From the NCBI GenBank assembly GCA_030390025.1, contig CM059438.1, positions 65,970,001 to 66,034,000 on the forward strand: 64,000 bases of DNA, in the 5' to 3' direction. This document shows, in pieces, positions 36,883 through 50,445 of this stretch. This DNA comes from Squalus acanthias. Lineage: Eukaryota. Both the position numbers and the translations under genes were made by a program. Numbering within the stretch: the stretch's first letter is position 1; every line of letters begins with the position of its first letter. Below the pieces are notes generated by a model. That model was not told the DNA's origin and made no database searches. It worked only from the letters and a program-made list of their open reading frames with translations.

Positions 36883-38354
36883 ATCTAGGACCTGAAGGAA
36901 CATTGGATCAAGTTGTAGTCCCTGTAGAATGATTAGTTTACAGCAACATCCGGTCTATATTTATTCATTTTAGTTTGCTTGCTCATAAACTTCCCATATA
37001 ATATTCTAAGGAGTTGAAGGAGGGAGAAAAGTCTCGGGTGGGCACTTTTTATGCTGAGTGTTTTCTTTGCATATTCAAAATATACTGATTAAAACAAAAG
37101 CTTTGACTATCTTTTCATCTCAACCAAGGAAAGTCATGTAAGGTCTCCTTGCGACTAGGCTGCTCCATTGATGGGAAGGACACTGCAATGGGCTACCAGC
37201 AGGGAGTCGTGACCCTCCCTCAGCAATCAATGGAGCTGTTCTGGGGCTCTTGGGGGTTTCTCCCCACCACTGGCATTACAGAAGCTCCTAGCAACAAAGA
37301 GATACAACATGGCTGACCTCTTTGAGAGAAAACAATCTTGGAAAAACACGGTGCTATATTTTTGTCTGTGTTTCCATTTAAGAACATAATAAGGGAGGGC
37401 TTACAAAAATCCTTACCTGGCGAATCCTTCCTTCCCCTTTAAATGTATTGTTACAGAATATTTATGCGCTTCCAGGAAAGGATTTTGAAGACACACAAGC
37501 CATTATCCACCGAGAGCTGTTTGTCATCTATAGGATTTAATACGTCAACACAGAGCTCAGTCATTGCAGGAAAACTGAATGATGTGTTCCGAGCAAGTTT
37601 TGTACAAAACATTTTTGGCAGCTGAGAAGGCAGCTGATGTGGGCAAATGGAATAAGATACTGCTGCTTTGCAATTTTCATTGTCAATTGAAAGAGGATTA
37701 GGTATCCGTTTGGAAAGCTCCCGAGATACTAAATTCATTACTTCTCCATTTTGGCGAGAACGTATATTGCCCTTCATATATTTATATTGCTATTTCACAG
37801 CTGAATAAATGAAGTTGCTGTGCTGCTGGGATGTGCAGAAGAAAGGCACAAAAAAAAATCAGTGTTATTACCTGGACAACCTTTCCTTATTGATGCACTA
37901 TATTGACTGGAGAATTAGAGACACATATAACAATTATGCAGGGCAAGAGCACAGCAAAGATTGAAGACTGGAAGTCACAAGAGCAAAATCAGTGTTTATA
38001 AACATCAGAATGAGTTCCAATGACATTTTCATTTTGAAACTCTAATTACAAAATTTCAGCTGCTAGTTCCATGTAATATGAATGCAATATCAGGGCAGAT
38101 AAAGTTGGTAGCTTACAGTTTGAGACTTAACTGATTACTGTTGTATTTATCAGAGCTGGACTGATCAGTATTGTAATGTACCCTTGAAGGAGAATTACCT
38201 CACAGTGGTGTGCTGTGCTTCTGTTACTTGACTCAGTTTTTTTTCTTTTTTTCCACTGTGATCCTTTACCTCCTGCTTCTTATTCCTCTGGTTGTAGCAT
38301 TCTCCCTGGCTTCTGTCTGAGGCTGAACCAGACTGTTCGCAGCCTTGGCTTCCT

Positions 38355-39017
38355 ATTGACCCCAAGCTGAACTTCCGACCCAATATTCTCTCCATCACCA
38401 AGACCGCCTATTTCCACCTCCGTAACATCGCCAATTTCCAGCCCTGCCTCAGCTCATCTGCTGTTGAAAGCCTCATCCATGCCTTTTGTTACCTCTAGAC
38501 TCGACTATTAAAACAAAAGCTTGACTATCTTTTCATCTCAATCAAGGAAAGTCATGTCAGGTCCCTTGCAACTAGGCTGCTCCATTGGTGGGAAGGACAC
38601 TGCGATGGACGATGCTCTACAGGCCGGGCTGCCCATATCCTAATTTGCACAGGTCCTATTCACCCATCACCCCATGCTCGCTGACTTACATTGGCTGCTC
38701 CTCCAGCCCTACAACTCTTCGAGATCTCTGTGCTCCTCCAGTTCTGGCCTCTTGCGCATCCCCAATTTTCACCGCTCCACCATTGACGGCAGCCACCTAG
38801 GCCCTAAGCTCTTGAACTCCCTCCCTAAACCTCCCCACCGCCCCATCTCTCTCTCTCCTCCATTAAGACGCTGCTTAAAACCTACCTCTTTAACCAAAGT
38901 TTTGGTCACCTGTTGTAATATCTCCTTATGTGGCTCAGTGTCAACTTTTGTTTGTTAATCGCTCCTTGGAATGTTTTACTACATTAAAGGCACTGCATAA
39001 TGCAAGTTGTTGTTGAT
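38355..39017 (+). mobile_element. L2 3' fragment
   Basis: Reverse complement of the 1053-1780 L2 region; gttgttgtt tail; contains a 100-bp foreign insert. Confidence 0.82.
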
Positions 39018-39128
39018 GTAAGTCAGATGATATGTTGTTTGTAAGGACAGTAGTTTGATACCGTACACAAATGCCTTGAAATACTGCAGTGGCTGAACTG
39101 CTGAGAAAACTGCATGCACATGATGCCA

Positions 39129-39436
39129 CAGCACGGTGGCATAGTGGTTAGCACTGTTGCCTCAGAGCGCCAGGGACCCAGGTTCGAATCCGGCCTCGGG
39201 TGACTGTCTGTGTGGAGTTTGCACATTCTCCCCGTGTCTGCGTGGGTTTCCTCCGGGTGCTCCGGTTTCCTCCCACAGTCCAAAGATGTGCGGGTTAGGT
39301 TAATTTGGCTATGATAAATTGACCCTTAGTGTTAGGGGGATTAAATACGTGGGGTTACGGGGATAGGTTGGGATATGTGTCGGTGCAGGCTCGATGGGCC
39401 GAAATGGCCTCTATCTGCACTGTGGGGATTCTGTGA
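39129..39436 (+). mobile_element. HE1-type V-SINE
   Basis: Nearly identical to 26135-26445; possible TSD tgagaaaactg (39102-12) / tgagaagactg (39434-44). Confidence 0.92.
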
Positions 39437-40406
39437 GAAGACTGATACTTCTCATCTGAGCAGACCCTTGATGAACCTTGTGGGCAGCAAATCAGTTTGG
39501 ATCAAGGATTATTGAATGTTGCGCAAATACAAAATTTGACTGCAAGGAAATATTTCCAAAGTCTCAATGGTGACTGATTGAAGGAGTGAAGATCAAAGTT
39601 GGTTCTAATCCAAAGGCACTGCTTGCTGATTTCAAAAGTCACTGGACCGCATTAATTCATTGCTTTTAAGCACCTCCTGTGAATTAAAATCTGATCCATC
39701 CACAAGCTAAACTTCCGGTTTCCGATACTTGCGGAAGGAAGACACATGAAATGAGACCCCAGCTAAGCCCTGCATAGCATTAAAAAATGTAAACGATGTA
39801 ATAACATATTCAGGGACCTCATAAGACTTTTCGAGATGGCTCCATACCAATTACTTCAGTAGCTAAAAGCAGTACGACAAGAGTGTGTTGAACATCATTT
39901 CTGTTCATGAGGAAGTTGTTAATTGTTTTTATATCAAAGGTTTTGGCTTGTTAAGGACTGTTGGACTGTAAATCCAGGCAGTGTAAAGCTGGAAGAGAGA
40001 CGAGGGATAAGTGGTGCAGGATAATCAGGCACAGGCAGCAGTGAAATGTGCTTTCGGTAGCATGTGAGATCCTTCTGTCAGTAACATTTGTTACTTTTCA
40101 GTACATTGGGTATTTGGCCGTTGCGTACTTGTCCCAACCGGTTTGAGCTCTGCGAGCAGGATCCAGGACTAGAAAAAATGTCAGAGGAGGACAAATACGC
40201 AGGATCAGAGATTGATGGAGAGATACTGAAGTACTGGAGACAAAAGAAAAGATTTACTTAAAAAAGGGACAGATTTCTATCCAATTTGTAGTGCTTTGTA
40301 CAACGGAGAGGATTGGTGGAAATATTGATACATTACATTTCAACAAATATAAAAGTGACAGTCGGTTAATCAGGCATCTTAACATTTGAGGTATGGAATG
40401 TGCTTC

Positions 40407-40883
40407 TGTCAGCGTAGCTCAGTGGTATCAGTAAGCTTGTGAATCAGAAGGTCGTGGATTTAAGCTCCACTTCAGGACTAATCTAGTTTGAAACTTCGGT
40501 GCTTCATTGTCAGAAGTTTCGTCTTTCAAATGATTGGTTAAAGCGAGGCACAGTATAGCTGTTCAGGTAAATGTCTTCTTCTCTTCTTCTTAGGCAGTCC
40601 CTCGGAACCGAGGATAACTTGCTTCCACATTTAAAAAAAAATGTATGCTTCTGAAGTAGAGCAAGGAGTTCTCCTGGGCAACATTCACACTTCAAGACCA
40701 TGAAATCAAATTAACTGGAACTGGTTATTCACCCACTGGTGCGTGTGGGACCTTGCTGTACCCAAATCCATTGCCATGTTTGCCTACAAAGTGACTAGGC
40801 TTTTAAAAAAGAAATTGGCTGTGATGAGTTTTGAGTTATTCTGAGGATGTGGAAGGTGTTTTTTTAAATGCAAATTCTTTCTT
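40407..40883 (+). mobile_element. Degenerate Deu-domain SINE with a short RTE-like 3' tail inserted (~40575-40630, minus strand)
   Basis: tgtcagcgtagctcagtggta head, gggaccttgctgt core; insert reads gtggaagcaagttatcctcgg..gagggactgcctaagaagaag on the minus strand. Confidence 0.6.
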
Positions 40884-41055
40884 TCAGTCAATTTCGAAAA
40901 CATCTGGTACAAGGCACCTAGACTTAGGGAGACAAGGGAGTTTTTTAAATCTTATTTGTTTGGATTTAATTTCAACCGTCATTGTAAATGTGACATTCGT
41001 GTCATTGTGTGCAGCTGAAGCAGAAAGTAGATTTCTGGGAGGAATTAGAGACATT

Positions 41056-41371
41056 GGGGCAGATTTTGCGGTCGGCGGCGAACCTATGGAGTACACCGCT
41101 GGCATCCGAATAGAATACGAACTTACCTGATGGGGGCCCGCCTTCGTGAGCTTACTCTCTAACGCTGCGCACTCGAGGGCAGCGTAATGGCCCACGGATC
41201 CCAGGGCGCAGCGAGCGCGGAAGCGTACCAGGGATCACGTGGGCCTGGTGCTCCAATCAGTATACCGAAGGGAAAGTGTCTACCTCCAATACTGGCAACT
41301 TTATCTTGCATTTCACCCGATTTATTTTCTGAATAATTATAAGGACTAAAAGAATAAATAGTTCCAAAATG

Positions 41372-41408
<37 letters not shown>

Positions 41409-41903
41409 GACCCACCTAAAAATATTATTTGAGAATTAGAGTTCTGATAAATCGTTCAAGCTCTGTGAAATTTCATATAAAATAACATGGACAAGTGATA
41501 CAAACATAAGTACATAGAGTCCAAACAAAGAGCTGAAAATCTGTACTTTAATCATTGGAGGTGTTTTGGACAGTTTTGCAATTCATTCCGGAGGTAATAG
41601 AATGAGTAACGTGGTCTAACTAATCCCCTTACGCTGATGTAAGCAGTCCCTGAGTCTGTTTGCATCAACAGTAACATTTTCGTGCATAATTGCTGGGCAG
41701 TTGGTGGACAATTAACCCAACTCTGTGCCAGCAATTGGGATTTCCAAGCCGATGCGGATTATCTGTCAAGGCATAACTTGACAGATCGCAAGTTCGGGAT
41801 TTAGCGCATGCGCAAATGCTTGCGGAATTCCCAAACTTGCGGTCCATTTCAAAGGCGGCGTGACGTCAGAGTACGCCGTCATACCCACCGCAAATTCTGG
41901 CCC
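41056..41903. mobile_element. Harbinger-like MITE
   Basis: TIR ggggcagattttgcggt / accgcaaattctggccc, 3-bp TSD ATT/ATT; (CT)n at ~41378-41403. Confidence 0.8.
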
Positions 41904-42040
41904 ATTGATTGAAATAGGAAATAATGACATAAAAGCAGTAACTGAAATGTGACTGAGGATCGACAATCCTGATTTAAACCTTCAGGAAGTGTAGGGAATG
42001 GAGCAAAGGAAGGGGGGTAGTGGTATTAACTAGAGACAAT

Positions 42041-42762
42041 GGGGGTTATTTTAACCCACAAGAACAGGTGGGTTGGGGTCGGGTGAGATGTTCAAATTAA
42101 AAAAATCTCAAACCCACCCCCAACCTGCCTCCAACCTGCCCACTTCCAGTTTTAATGGAGGCAGGCAACCAACCTGCTCGCAGGAGCCAGGTTGGTCATT
42201 TAAATATTATAACAAGGCTGCATGCCTCAGAATTAACCACTATTTTAAATTTAACCCTGGACAGCCAGATTTCCCGGGCCTTGGGAAACCCGGCAGCTAA
42301 AGGGAGGTGAGGACCGCTGGATCCAGGAGGTAAGTGCCTTTCCACTTACCTGCTGGATCCAGTTTACCTGCTTCATCCACCCTCCTTGATTAGACAGCAG
42401 TCCCCCCCCCCCCCCCCCCCCACCCCCCGACCCTTCTGATCTCCCTTCTGGCCTCTGATCTCGCCTCTGGCCTCCGATCTCCCCTCTGCTTCAGATCCCG
42501 ATCTTCACCTGACCCGGCCTCTGATCTGACCTCTGGCCTCCAATCTTCTCTCTCCCCCACTCCCCACCACCCACCAGCCTTTCCGATCCCTCCCTCCCTC
42601 CTCTCCGCTCCCCGGCTGCGGCCTGGTGCCGAAGGCCTCCCCGCCCGCCTCTCAATCTGGCTGGCTGCGTCCGGGAAATGGAGACAAAAAAGGTAATCAC
42701 CAAATTGCAAACCTCCCCCCGCACCCCCGCTCCCTCCCTGCCTCTGAGATAAGATCGGGGCC
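42041..42762. mobile_element. Harbinger-like MITE, same family as 25021-25853
   Basis: gggggttattttaac ... aagatcggggcc; shared internal blocks and C-rich gatc repeats. Confidence 0.65.
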
Positions 42763-43967
42763 TGGAGCACAAGGATTTAAATCAAAAAGTTGCCTAATTG
42801 GAATTCCTGTTGGGTTAAGCTGAGGAATCGCAAGGGATCAGTCACATTATTGTGAGTACATTATAGATCGCTGGACGGTCAAAAGGCAATTGAAGGTGAA
42901 ATTAATAGACACATTAGAGAGATACGTTTTAATAAAAGTGTTATAATTGCAGGAGACTCCAATTGTCCAAAAGGAGATTGGGATAGGTAAAATATTGTGA
43001 GAAAGCGGAGCTTTCTGTTGTATGTTCAGAGCTGTTTTGGTAGTTAACAAGCTACTCCGACATGGAAGGAAGCATGACTTTGTCTGGTTCCAGTTAATGA
43101 ACTGGAGGAATAGTTGACCTAAAGTAGGAGAACATTTTAGAACCAATCAGCATAAAATAATTCAGCTCAGGGTAAGAATAGAAAAGAAAAAAAGAAAAGT
43201 AATGGACAAGGAATAATGCAACTTAGAGTGACAAAAAAAGCTTGCTCACATACGATTGGAGGACAAATTGGCAAATGGAACTGTAGAATTTTTAAGAAAT
43301 ACAGGCCTACTTGGCCATCATCCCTGGTGAATCCCAGCTTGTAGCCAACTGCATGGCACCGATACATCAGGAAACACTGGTTCTAGCATAAGGCTCGCAT
43401 AGTACAGAAGCAGTTGAAATGCAATGTAGTGCGTAGACATAAGCAAGAATGATCTACATACTTTGCATTGACTTCAATGGCTATAAAGTGGTCAAAGTTG
43501 CACTGTATCCTTTCTGGGGCCAGAACAGGTTTACATTACAATAAATCATAGAAATTACAGCACAGGAGGTCATCTTGCTTGTGATGGTTCTAGTTCTTCA
43601 GATGGAGTGGTTTTGTCTAATCTTATTTCCCTGTCCATTCCCAGACCATGTTATATTCTTGCTTTTCAAATACCTATTTAATTCCCTTTCAAATGATGTT
43701 ATAATCACTGCCTTAATCCTAATGTGTGATGAAGCATTCCATGTTGTAATGAACATCTGTGTGAATCAGAATCATTCTACTGTTCATTGGCCCCTAGTTG
43801 TAAGAATGAATACCTGGGAACAATGGTTGCTAGGCATCTCAAGAAACAATAATGCATTTTATTTCAGCATGAAAGTAAAATGCGCGGGGGTTGGCCCGGG
43901 AGCTCAGGTAATAGAACTGGGACAGTCCCATCCAGGTAATCAGGATTCGACTACTGGAGCTGTCCAA

Positions 43968-44350
43968 CATTCTCATCCTTGTTTCCAAATCTCTCCATGG
44001 CCACGTCCTTCCCTATCTCTGTAATCTCCTCCAACCCCACAACGCTCCGAGATCTCTGCGCTCCTCTAATTCTGGCCTCTTGAGCATCCCCGATTTTAAT
44101 CGTTCAACTATTGGTGGCTGTACCTTCAGCTGCCAAGGCCCTAAGCTGCAGAATTCCCTCCCTGAACCTCTCCGCCTCTCTACCTCTCTTTCCTCCTTTA
44201 AGACACTCCTTAAAACCTACCTCTTTGACCAAGCTTGCCCTGACATCTCCTTATGTGGCTCGGTTGTTTGATAAGGCTCCTGTGAAGCGCCTTGGGATGT
44301 TTTATTACATTAAAGGTGCTATATAAATACAAGTTGTTGTTGTTGTTGAT
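43968..44350 (+). mobile_element. L2 3' fragment
   Basis: SIPDFNRSTIGG..FKTLLKTYLFDQ and (ttg)n tail. Confidence 0.85.
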
Positions 44351-47300
44351 GATGGGCTTTGACTGATGTGCTGACGGGGCAAGCAAGGACAGTGAATCAA
44401 ACCTAAACCACAAGATTCACCTTAAATCATGGATCCTGTTGGCCAATTATTGCAGTTGCAGTGGTGCATAAATCCACATCCCTCATCATCTGGGCCACCA
44501 AGATGGAAAATTATGTATTTTAGTTGGTTTTAGGAGTGCAGATGGGGATAGGGTGAAAGGGAATATAACAAATCAGTTTTCCTTAATATAAAAATCCAAT
44601 TTCTTCATATAAATCTTAACTTGATTTGTGAAACATAATATTCTGAATACTTTCATGAAATGAAATCTTTTGTCTTTGCATTGTATCAAATAATCAGTGC
44701 TAACTTTTGTCTTATGGCTGCTGTCATTTTATTCATCTGTACCACGAAAAGAAGTTAATTTTAAGACAACTTTTCTGACTAATGTCCTCTCCATTACCAA
44801 TGTTAGTTGATCTCCTCCATGACACTGGCTCCTCTGCTCCGATTGGTGTTCCCATACGAGCCACACAGCGGTTGACATTAGTGAAATGTCAGCTTTTACA
44901 CATTCTAAATCAGGCTTGGCGTATCTTTTCCCCCTCAGCAATAGGGACAGGTCCTTTCAAATTGAACATTGCCTCAGTGAAATTCAGATCTCTGTGACCG
45001 CTGTTTTAAATTTTTGTTCAGATCCTATGAAGGTTTAAGAACTGAAGTGACACTGCAAATCAAATTTGGAGACTTAGCTCAGCATTTTCTGAATTCTTTG
45101 CAGTGTCTCTTCACTCTGTTGAAATTCAAGATGAATCATTTTCACCCTATTGTGTATTTCCTAAATAAACTAAGAATTTCTTGATGGATTGTCACTAAGT
45201 TTCATCATCGTGCAGATTTCTTCTGAGAATCATATTCACCATGAAATTCAGCTTGGGTTCTCACAGCTGCAGTGGTTCTTGGTGCTACCCATCAATTGAG
45301 AGTTCAGTGACAGATTAGAACCCAATTTAATTCAACAGTTTTTGATTACTGCGCAGATTTTATTTCAAAATTGGTTAAAATTCTGTAAACTCAGTTATGG
45401 TGTGTAAATTGGGTAGTGATTTAATGATAGCACCTCCAAGCTCTGAGACCGCTACCACAGCGAAGAGCAGCAGCATCATGTGAATACCATCATCTCCAGG
45501 TTCCACTTAACATTACAGTCTCCTAAAGTGGAGAAACGCTGCTATTTCTTTATCATCGCTGGGTCAAAATGCAGGAATTCCCTAACGAACACTGTCGCGA
45601 AAGCTCTGTCACCACAAGGACGTCCGTGGTTCTTTGAGAAAGTCCACCATCGTCTTCTTAGGGATGGACAATAAATGTAGCCTTTGCTAGCATCGCCCAT
45701 CTCTTGAGTCAAAATCCGAAAAAAATATTTGCATTGATTGCAGTAAGAGATGGGGCCAGTAGAGGGAATACTTCAAGAACTCTGAAGCCCCAATATTTAC
45801 TCCAGGCCATGAAGAGAGCCGGGGGGAGGGGTGGGGTGGGGGTGGGAGAAGGAATGATGTCCGGACGTCCTGCGGAAATTAACTGCAGGACGTCTTTTAA
45901 ATCTTTTCAGCAGGTTTTCCACCCGAGAAGACAGCCAGATTGACAAGCTGGCTGCCTGTCGGGTGGGAAAGCAGCCGGGGAGCGGATGCCAGGTAAGTAG
46001 GAGATCGCAGGGGGGGGTGGAGGGAGTCGGTGATCGGAAGGTGGGGGAAAGTCGGCTATCACGGGGAGTTGGAGGGTGTCGGAGATCGCAGGGGTGGGGG
46101 GTGGGATCGGAGATCACGGGGTTGGGGGGGTCGGAGATCGGGGTGAGGAGGGGTCGGAGATCATGGGGGGGAGTCGGTGATCGGGGGGGGGGGTGGGGGT
46201 TGAGTCGGTGTTCGGTGTGTGGCAACCCCTACAGGGTATCTGTGAACAGGCCAAGCAACTGTGTCTCTCCTTAACAGTCAGATTGAAGAATCCTTACTGA
46301 GACACGCAGCATCAGAACCAGGAAGTCTAAGTTAAAATAATTAATTCAATGTCAAATCATGTACAGAAAGCAAAATAGAGAGAAAGAAAGATGGGATTAA
46401 GAGAGAGAGATAAATCAGCATTTTAATTTTTTAAAATCTCCAACAATACTTAAAATCTTAAAATCTGAAGGAATGAGACTCCACACTTAAAAGAATTTAA
46501 TTTTCAGTGTCAGAGATGCTGTTTGGCAAAATTTAAAACTTAGCACAGCTTTAAAAATTCACTTACAATTGAATGGACAAAACTTTTTCTGGAGAATCTC
46601 TTGACGAGATACTGTTATAGTGAAGCTTTTGGAGGAGCAGGGCAACTCGGACAGCAACTTCCTGATTTCCGCGTTTAACTGCGCATGTGCGGTCGCCGTA
46701 AGTTTCTGTCCGATTTACCCTTTAATAATTGCGAGCGCTGATAACTTCACTGTTATTTTTACCGCAAAACCCGGGCCATTATGTAGACAGGTTATTGTCA
46801 CATTGCCTTGAAGTATAACTTGAATGGAGTAATACATTCTTTTCACATAAAAGGCCATCAGCGCATCCAATGTGCTCCGCCATCCTGGTGCTGTGTCAGG
46901 ATTTGAACAGGCCATTCTGCATTTTCTCCTAGATCTATTCAGGCATGGATCTAATTTTCCCTTGAATGCTGCAACCAAGTTAATATTTGCTGTACTAGGT
47001 GGCAGTGTTTTCCTTAAGATGATAAGTTAAGTAAGAAGCAGTTCTTCTTCAGTGACGTTCAGCTGTGACTTCTTTCATTTTGAATCTTGTCCTCTGCTTC
47101 TCCCCTTTTGGTATTTGAACAAATTACCTTTTCATATTCAACTCATAAGTTCAATTTCTACAGCTTTGCTGCACCCTTGCTTTACTTTTTTTTTCAGTGG
47201 GGATGGATTTAGATTGTTCAGCTTCTCTATGCAGCTGACTGTGCTAAACATTTTTTTCCATCATATGCTTTTGTAAGTACAATGTCAGCAAATGATCGCG

Positions 47301-47479
47301 ATACCTAAGGTAATTGCCAAAACTGAAAAAAGAAGTCCTACTTCAGCAGTCCCGATCTAACTGCACACTTGCATTTCATGAAGTGCACAGATGTTCTGTA
47401 TTGTTTGAATATATTCACATCAAACAAAACATTGAGTTTTGTGAGGAACTAGTGGATGAAAATGATACTTGAGTGCAGT

Positions 47480-47830
47480 GCAAAACCATAGAGGCCAGAC
47501 GTTTGCAGGTTGGATACAAGGGCTTCGCCGAGTTAGTTGATCAGCAGGGACAGCAACTGTGGCACGACAGTTTCAGTGGCCTAATGGCTATTCAGAGATT
47601 CCTGCTGAACAGTATTTGTATGTGTGTGTGCTTGTGTTTGTATAGAAAAGTCTACACGAGGTGAGGAGAGGATAGGGCGCAGTTGTTGGGGGCAGCATGG
47701 TCAATACTCATTGCGTACACTCATGCACGGCCAATGGCCGGTTGGTCGAGGTACTGGAGGAATCTCTCTGTACCCGAGGAAAAGTACCCAAGCAGCAGGT
47801 GACACTTTCTGAAAAGGAGGGAAGCAGAAC
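47480..47830 (+). repeat. Old SINE-like repeat, same family as 6900-7168
   Basis: Shared gagttag-tgatc head and gaggtactgg...tacc..agcag...ggagggaag tail. Confidence 0.45.
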
Positions 47831-50099
47831 GGCAAAATAAATGGTTTTACAAAAAAAAAATCCATTCTTAAAAGTTCAATCTCTGAGGGGAGCAGTGAAT
47901 TCTCCTGACACATTGAACACATTCTTCTTGCAATCCAGTACCACAAAAGCAGCAACCAATCTCTGCCCACACAGATGACCAATGCAGACAAACTCGCATA
48001 ACTGGGAAAGGTGATAGAAAACTGATGACCAGCAGGGATCCACGACAGTGTACTTTTTTTTCCCCCCATAGATCCTTAATTCAAATGATCTGATAATTCC
48101 TTTTTGACACTAATTTCCCATTCTGCTGTGGTACTAACATGGCCTTGTTCAAATATTTGGATAATTCTGTTTCCTTTAACCCAAAACAAGACTTATCCAG
48201 AGCAGACTGTATTTGGTTCTCATGTTGAACTCGCTTTAGATTCATTACAACCCAAGACTGCGTCCAGAGGAAAAATTTCGTCAAGGTTTACAACGGACAG
48301 CATCCAGTTACTCTTATCAAGCAGACTGACCAAACTGTGCAGTCTGAATCTGACTGGTTGCTTAAACTACAGTAGTGATGGCACTTATTATTAAGGAGAT
48401 ATCTCTAATGTACTCAATCAAATTGATAGAAATTATACTGCTTAAATACGTCCTCTTAGTTGCAACCCATCCCTAGCTACCCAAGTCCAGTTTGCCTCAA
48501 CCTCTTACACACATTGGAATTTGATGAATTTTGACAAAAACTGATTCTATTTGCCAATGAAATGCTCAATAATAATTCAAGTATTTGGGGTTATACAAAT
48601 ACATTGTATTGTATGACTGCTTGTTGAATTAAACTTTCAGCTGAATTCAGATGTAGAAGTATAACTGAGCAAATATCCTCTCGAAGTAGCTTAAAGCTCC
48701 CCGACATTTGCCTCAAATTATTTTTTCTTCTCACTCAACAGGTTTGGAAGATATTGCAATTTGATTAAGCTTTGGTTTGCAGTATGCTGTCCCTCGGGTT
48801 CAAACATTCCTTCCCCCACTGTCCTCCCCCGCTACCCCCCCACCCCCCCATCATCCCATGACCATTTGTAAATAGGAACCCAAACCGAAGAATGGAGTTC
48901 ATTCCTGTGACAGCGCAAGCTCTGATTTTACTGAAATAAGTCTCTTTCAAAAAATTCCCCAGCTTCAGTTGGGGGTTGTAGCCTTTACACATGGGTTTCT
49001 TGTCTGGAAAGGGACTCAGTTTTGGGATGTGGCCCAACAGATGTGAGGTGCCCTATATGCATGCCTGGCAGAAGACAGAAGGTTTCGACACGTATGTCAT
49101 AATTATAAACCTTTTACTTCTTGGAGAAAGTAAAAACCTTCCAAACTTCAGCTGTGGATTTGTGTATGTGTATGTAAAGCTAATAAGCCAGTGTTTGATT
49201 GATCATGCCTGTTCCTGCTTCCAGAGGGAAATCTAACGTAGACAGACAAGGAAATTGATGCGCAATTTGTTTGTGTCGAAAGGTGATTTCTGACTCTGCT
49301 CAATCATCCATGTATCATACGTAAAGACGTGAGTCAGGGGCCAGTTGCAGTCATTGTTCTTCTCTCACCAACCCAAGTGAAACAGTATCGGGGAGGGGGA
49401 GGGGGCGGATTATATTTTAAAAATTAAATCCTAGTATCACAAGTAACAAAAGAGGGAAATGTTTTGACTGCTGGTGGTGGCGCAACACCATTCGAATAGG
49501 CCGATATTCTGGCCTAGATTTAAAAATGTTACAAATAAAACCCGAGACTATAAGGTCATGGAGATTTACAGCAAAGTACTATGAGTTCAAGTGTAACAAT
49601 AATTGTACCTTCCATTCTAAATGCACAGTGCTTTTTTTTTGTAATTGAAAAGATATATTCTCAACAGTGGAATTGAGACCAAAGCAAAATTCAACTAATA
49701 GCACTGAAATCCCCTTGTTCCGCATCTCGGGTCTAACTGTTGAAAACTCTAATTACTTGGGTAATATAGTTCATGTTTATGAGGAACTCTGGCAGAACAG
49801 CTGAAAGGCAGTAGGATAGAAAGCATTCACTAGGTTATGTGGCTGTCTGAAGGGAAATTAAAGCATTTGTCAATGAAAGCATAATAAAGGATTTCAGTCA
49901 TGACACTTATTTAAGCTGGATTTTCCTTGTTAAGTTAGATGGCCGTTCAGAATCATCAACGTGACCGGGTCAGTGGGAGTTGTGCCCTTTGTTTCAAATT
50001 GTTCATCGTGGAGAGATTGTTGTTTGCAATAGAAAAATTGCTGGCTGTAGATTTTACTCGGTAAATGATTAATTTCTGATAAAACTTATTTAAATTGCT

Positions 50100-50445
50100 T
50101 CATGGCCTCGGTCCTCCCTATCTCTGTAACCTCCTCCAAGTCCACAACCCTCCAAGAACTGTATTCCACCAACTCTGGCCTCTGGCATTTCCCCCCCCCA
50201 CCCCTCCCCCTCCATGTGCCCCACATCGTCAGTCGCACTTTCCACAGTGCGTAGGGCCTTGACTAAGCCTCTCCATCTTTCTCTCCTCCTTTAAGACCCA
50301 TTTTAATGTCCAAGATTTTAGTCAGCGCTTCCAAATATCTCCTCCTTTGACCCGACGTCCATTTTTGTTGGATTACCCGTCTGTGAAGCACCTTGGGATG
50401 TTTTTCTACATTAAAAGTGCAACATGAATGCAAATTATTATTGTA
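50100..50445 (+). mobile_element. Old L2 3' fragment
   Basis: catggcctc..ccctatctctgtaacctcctcca and tgtgaagcaccttgggatgttttt tail. Confidence 0.7.
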
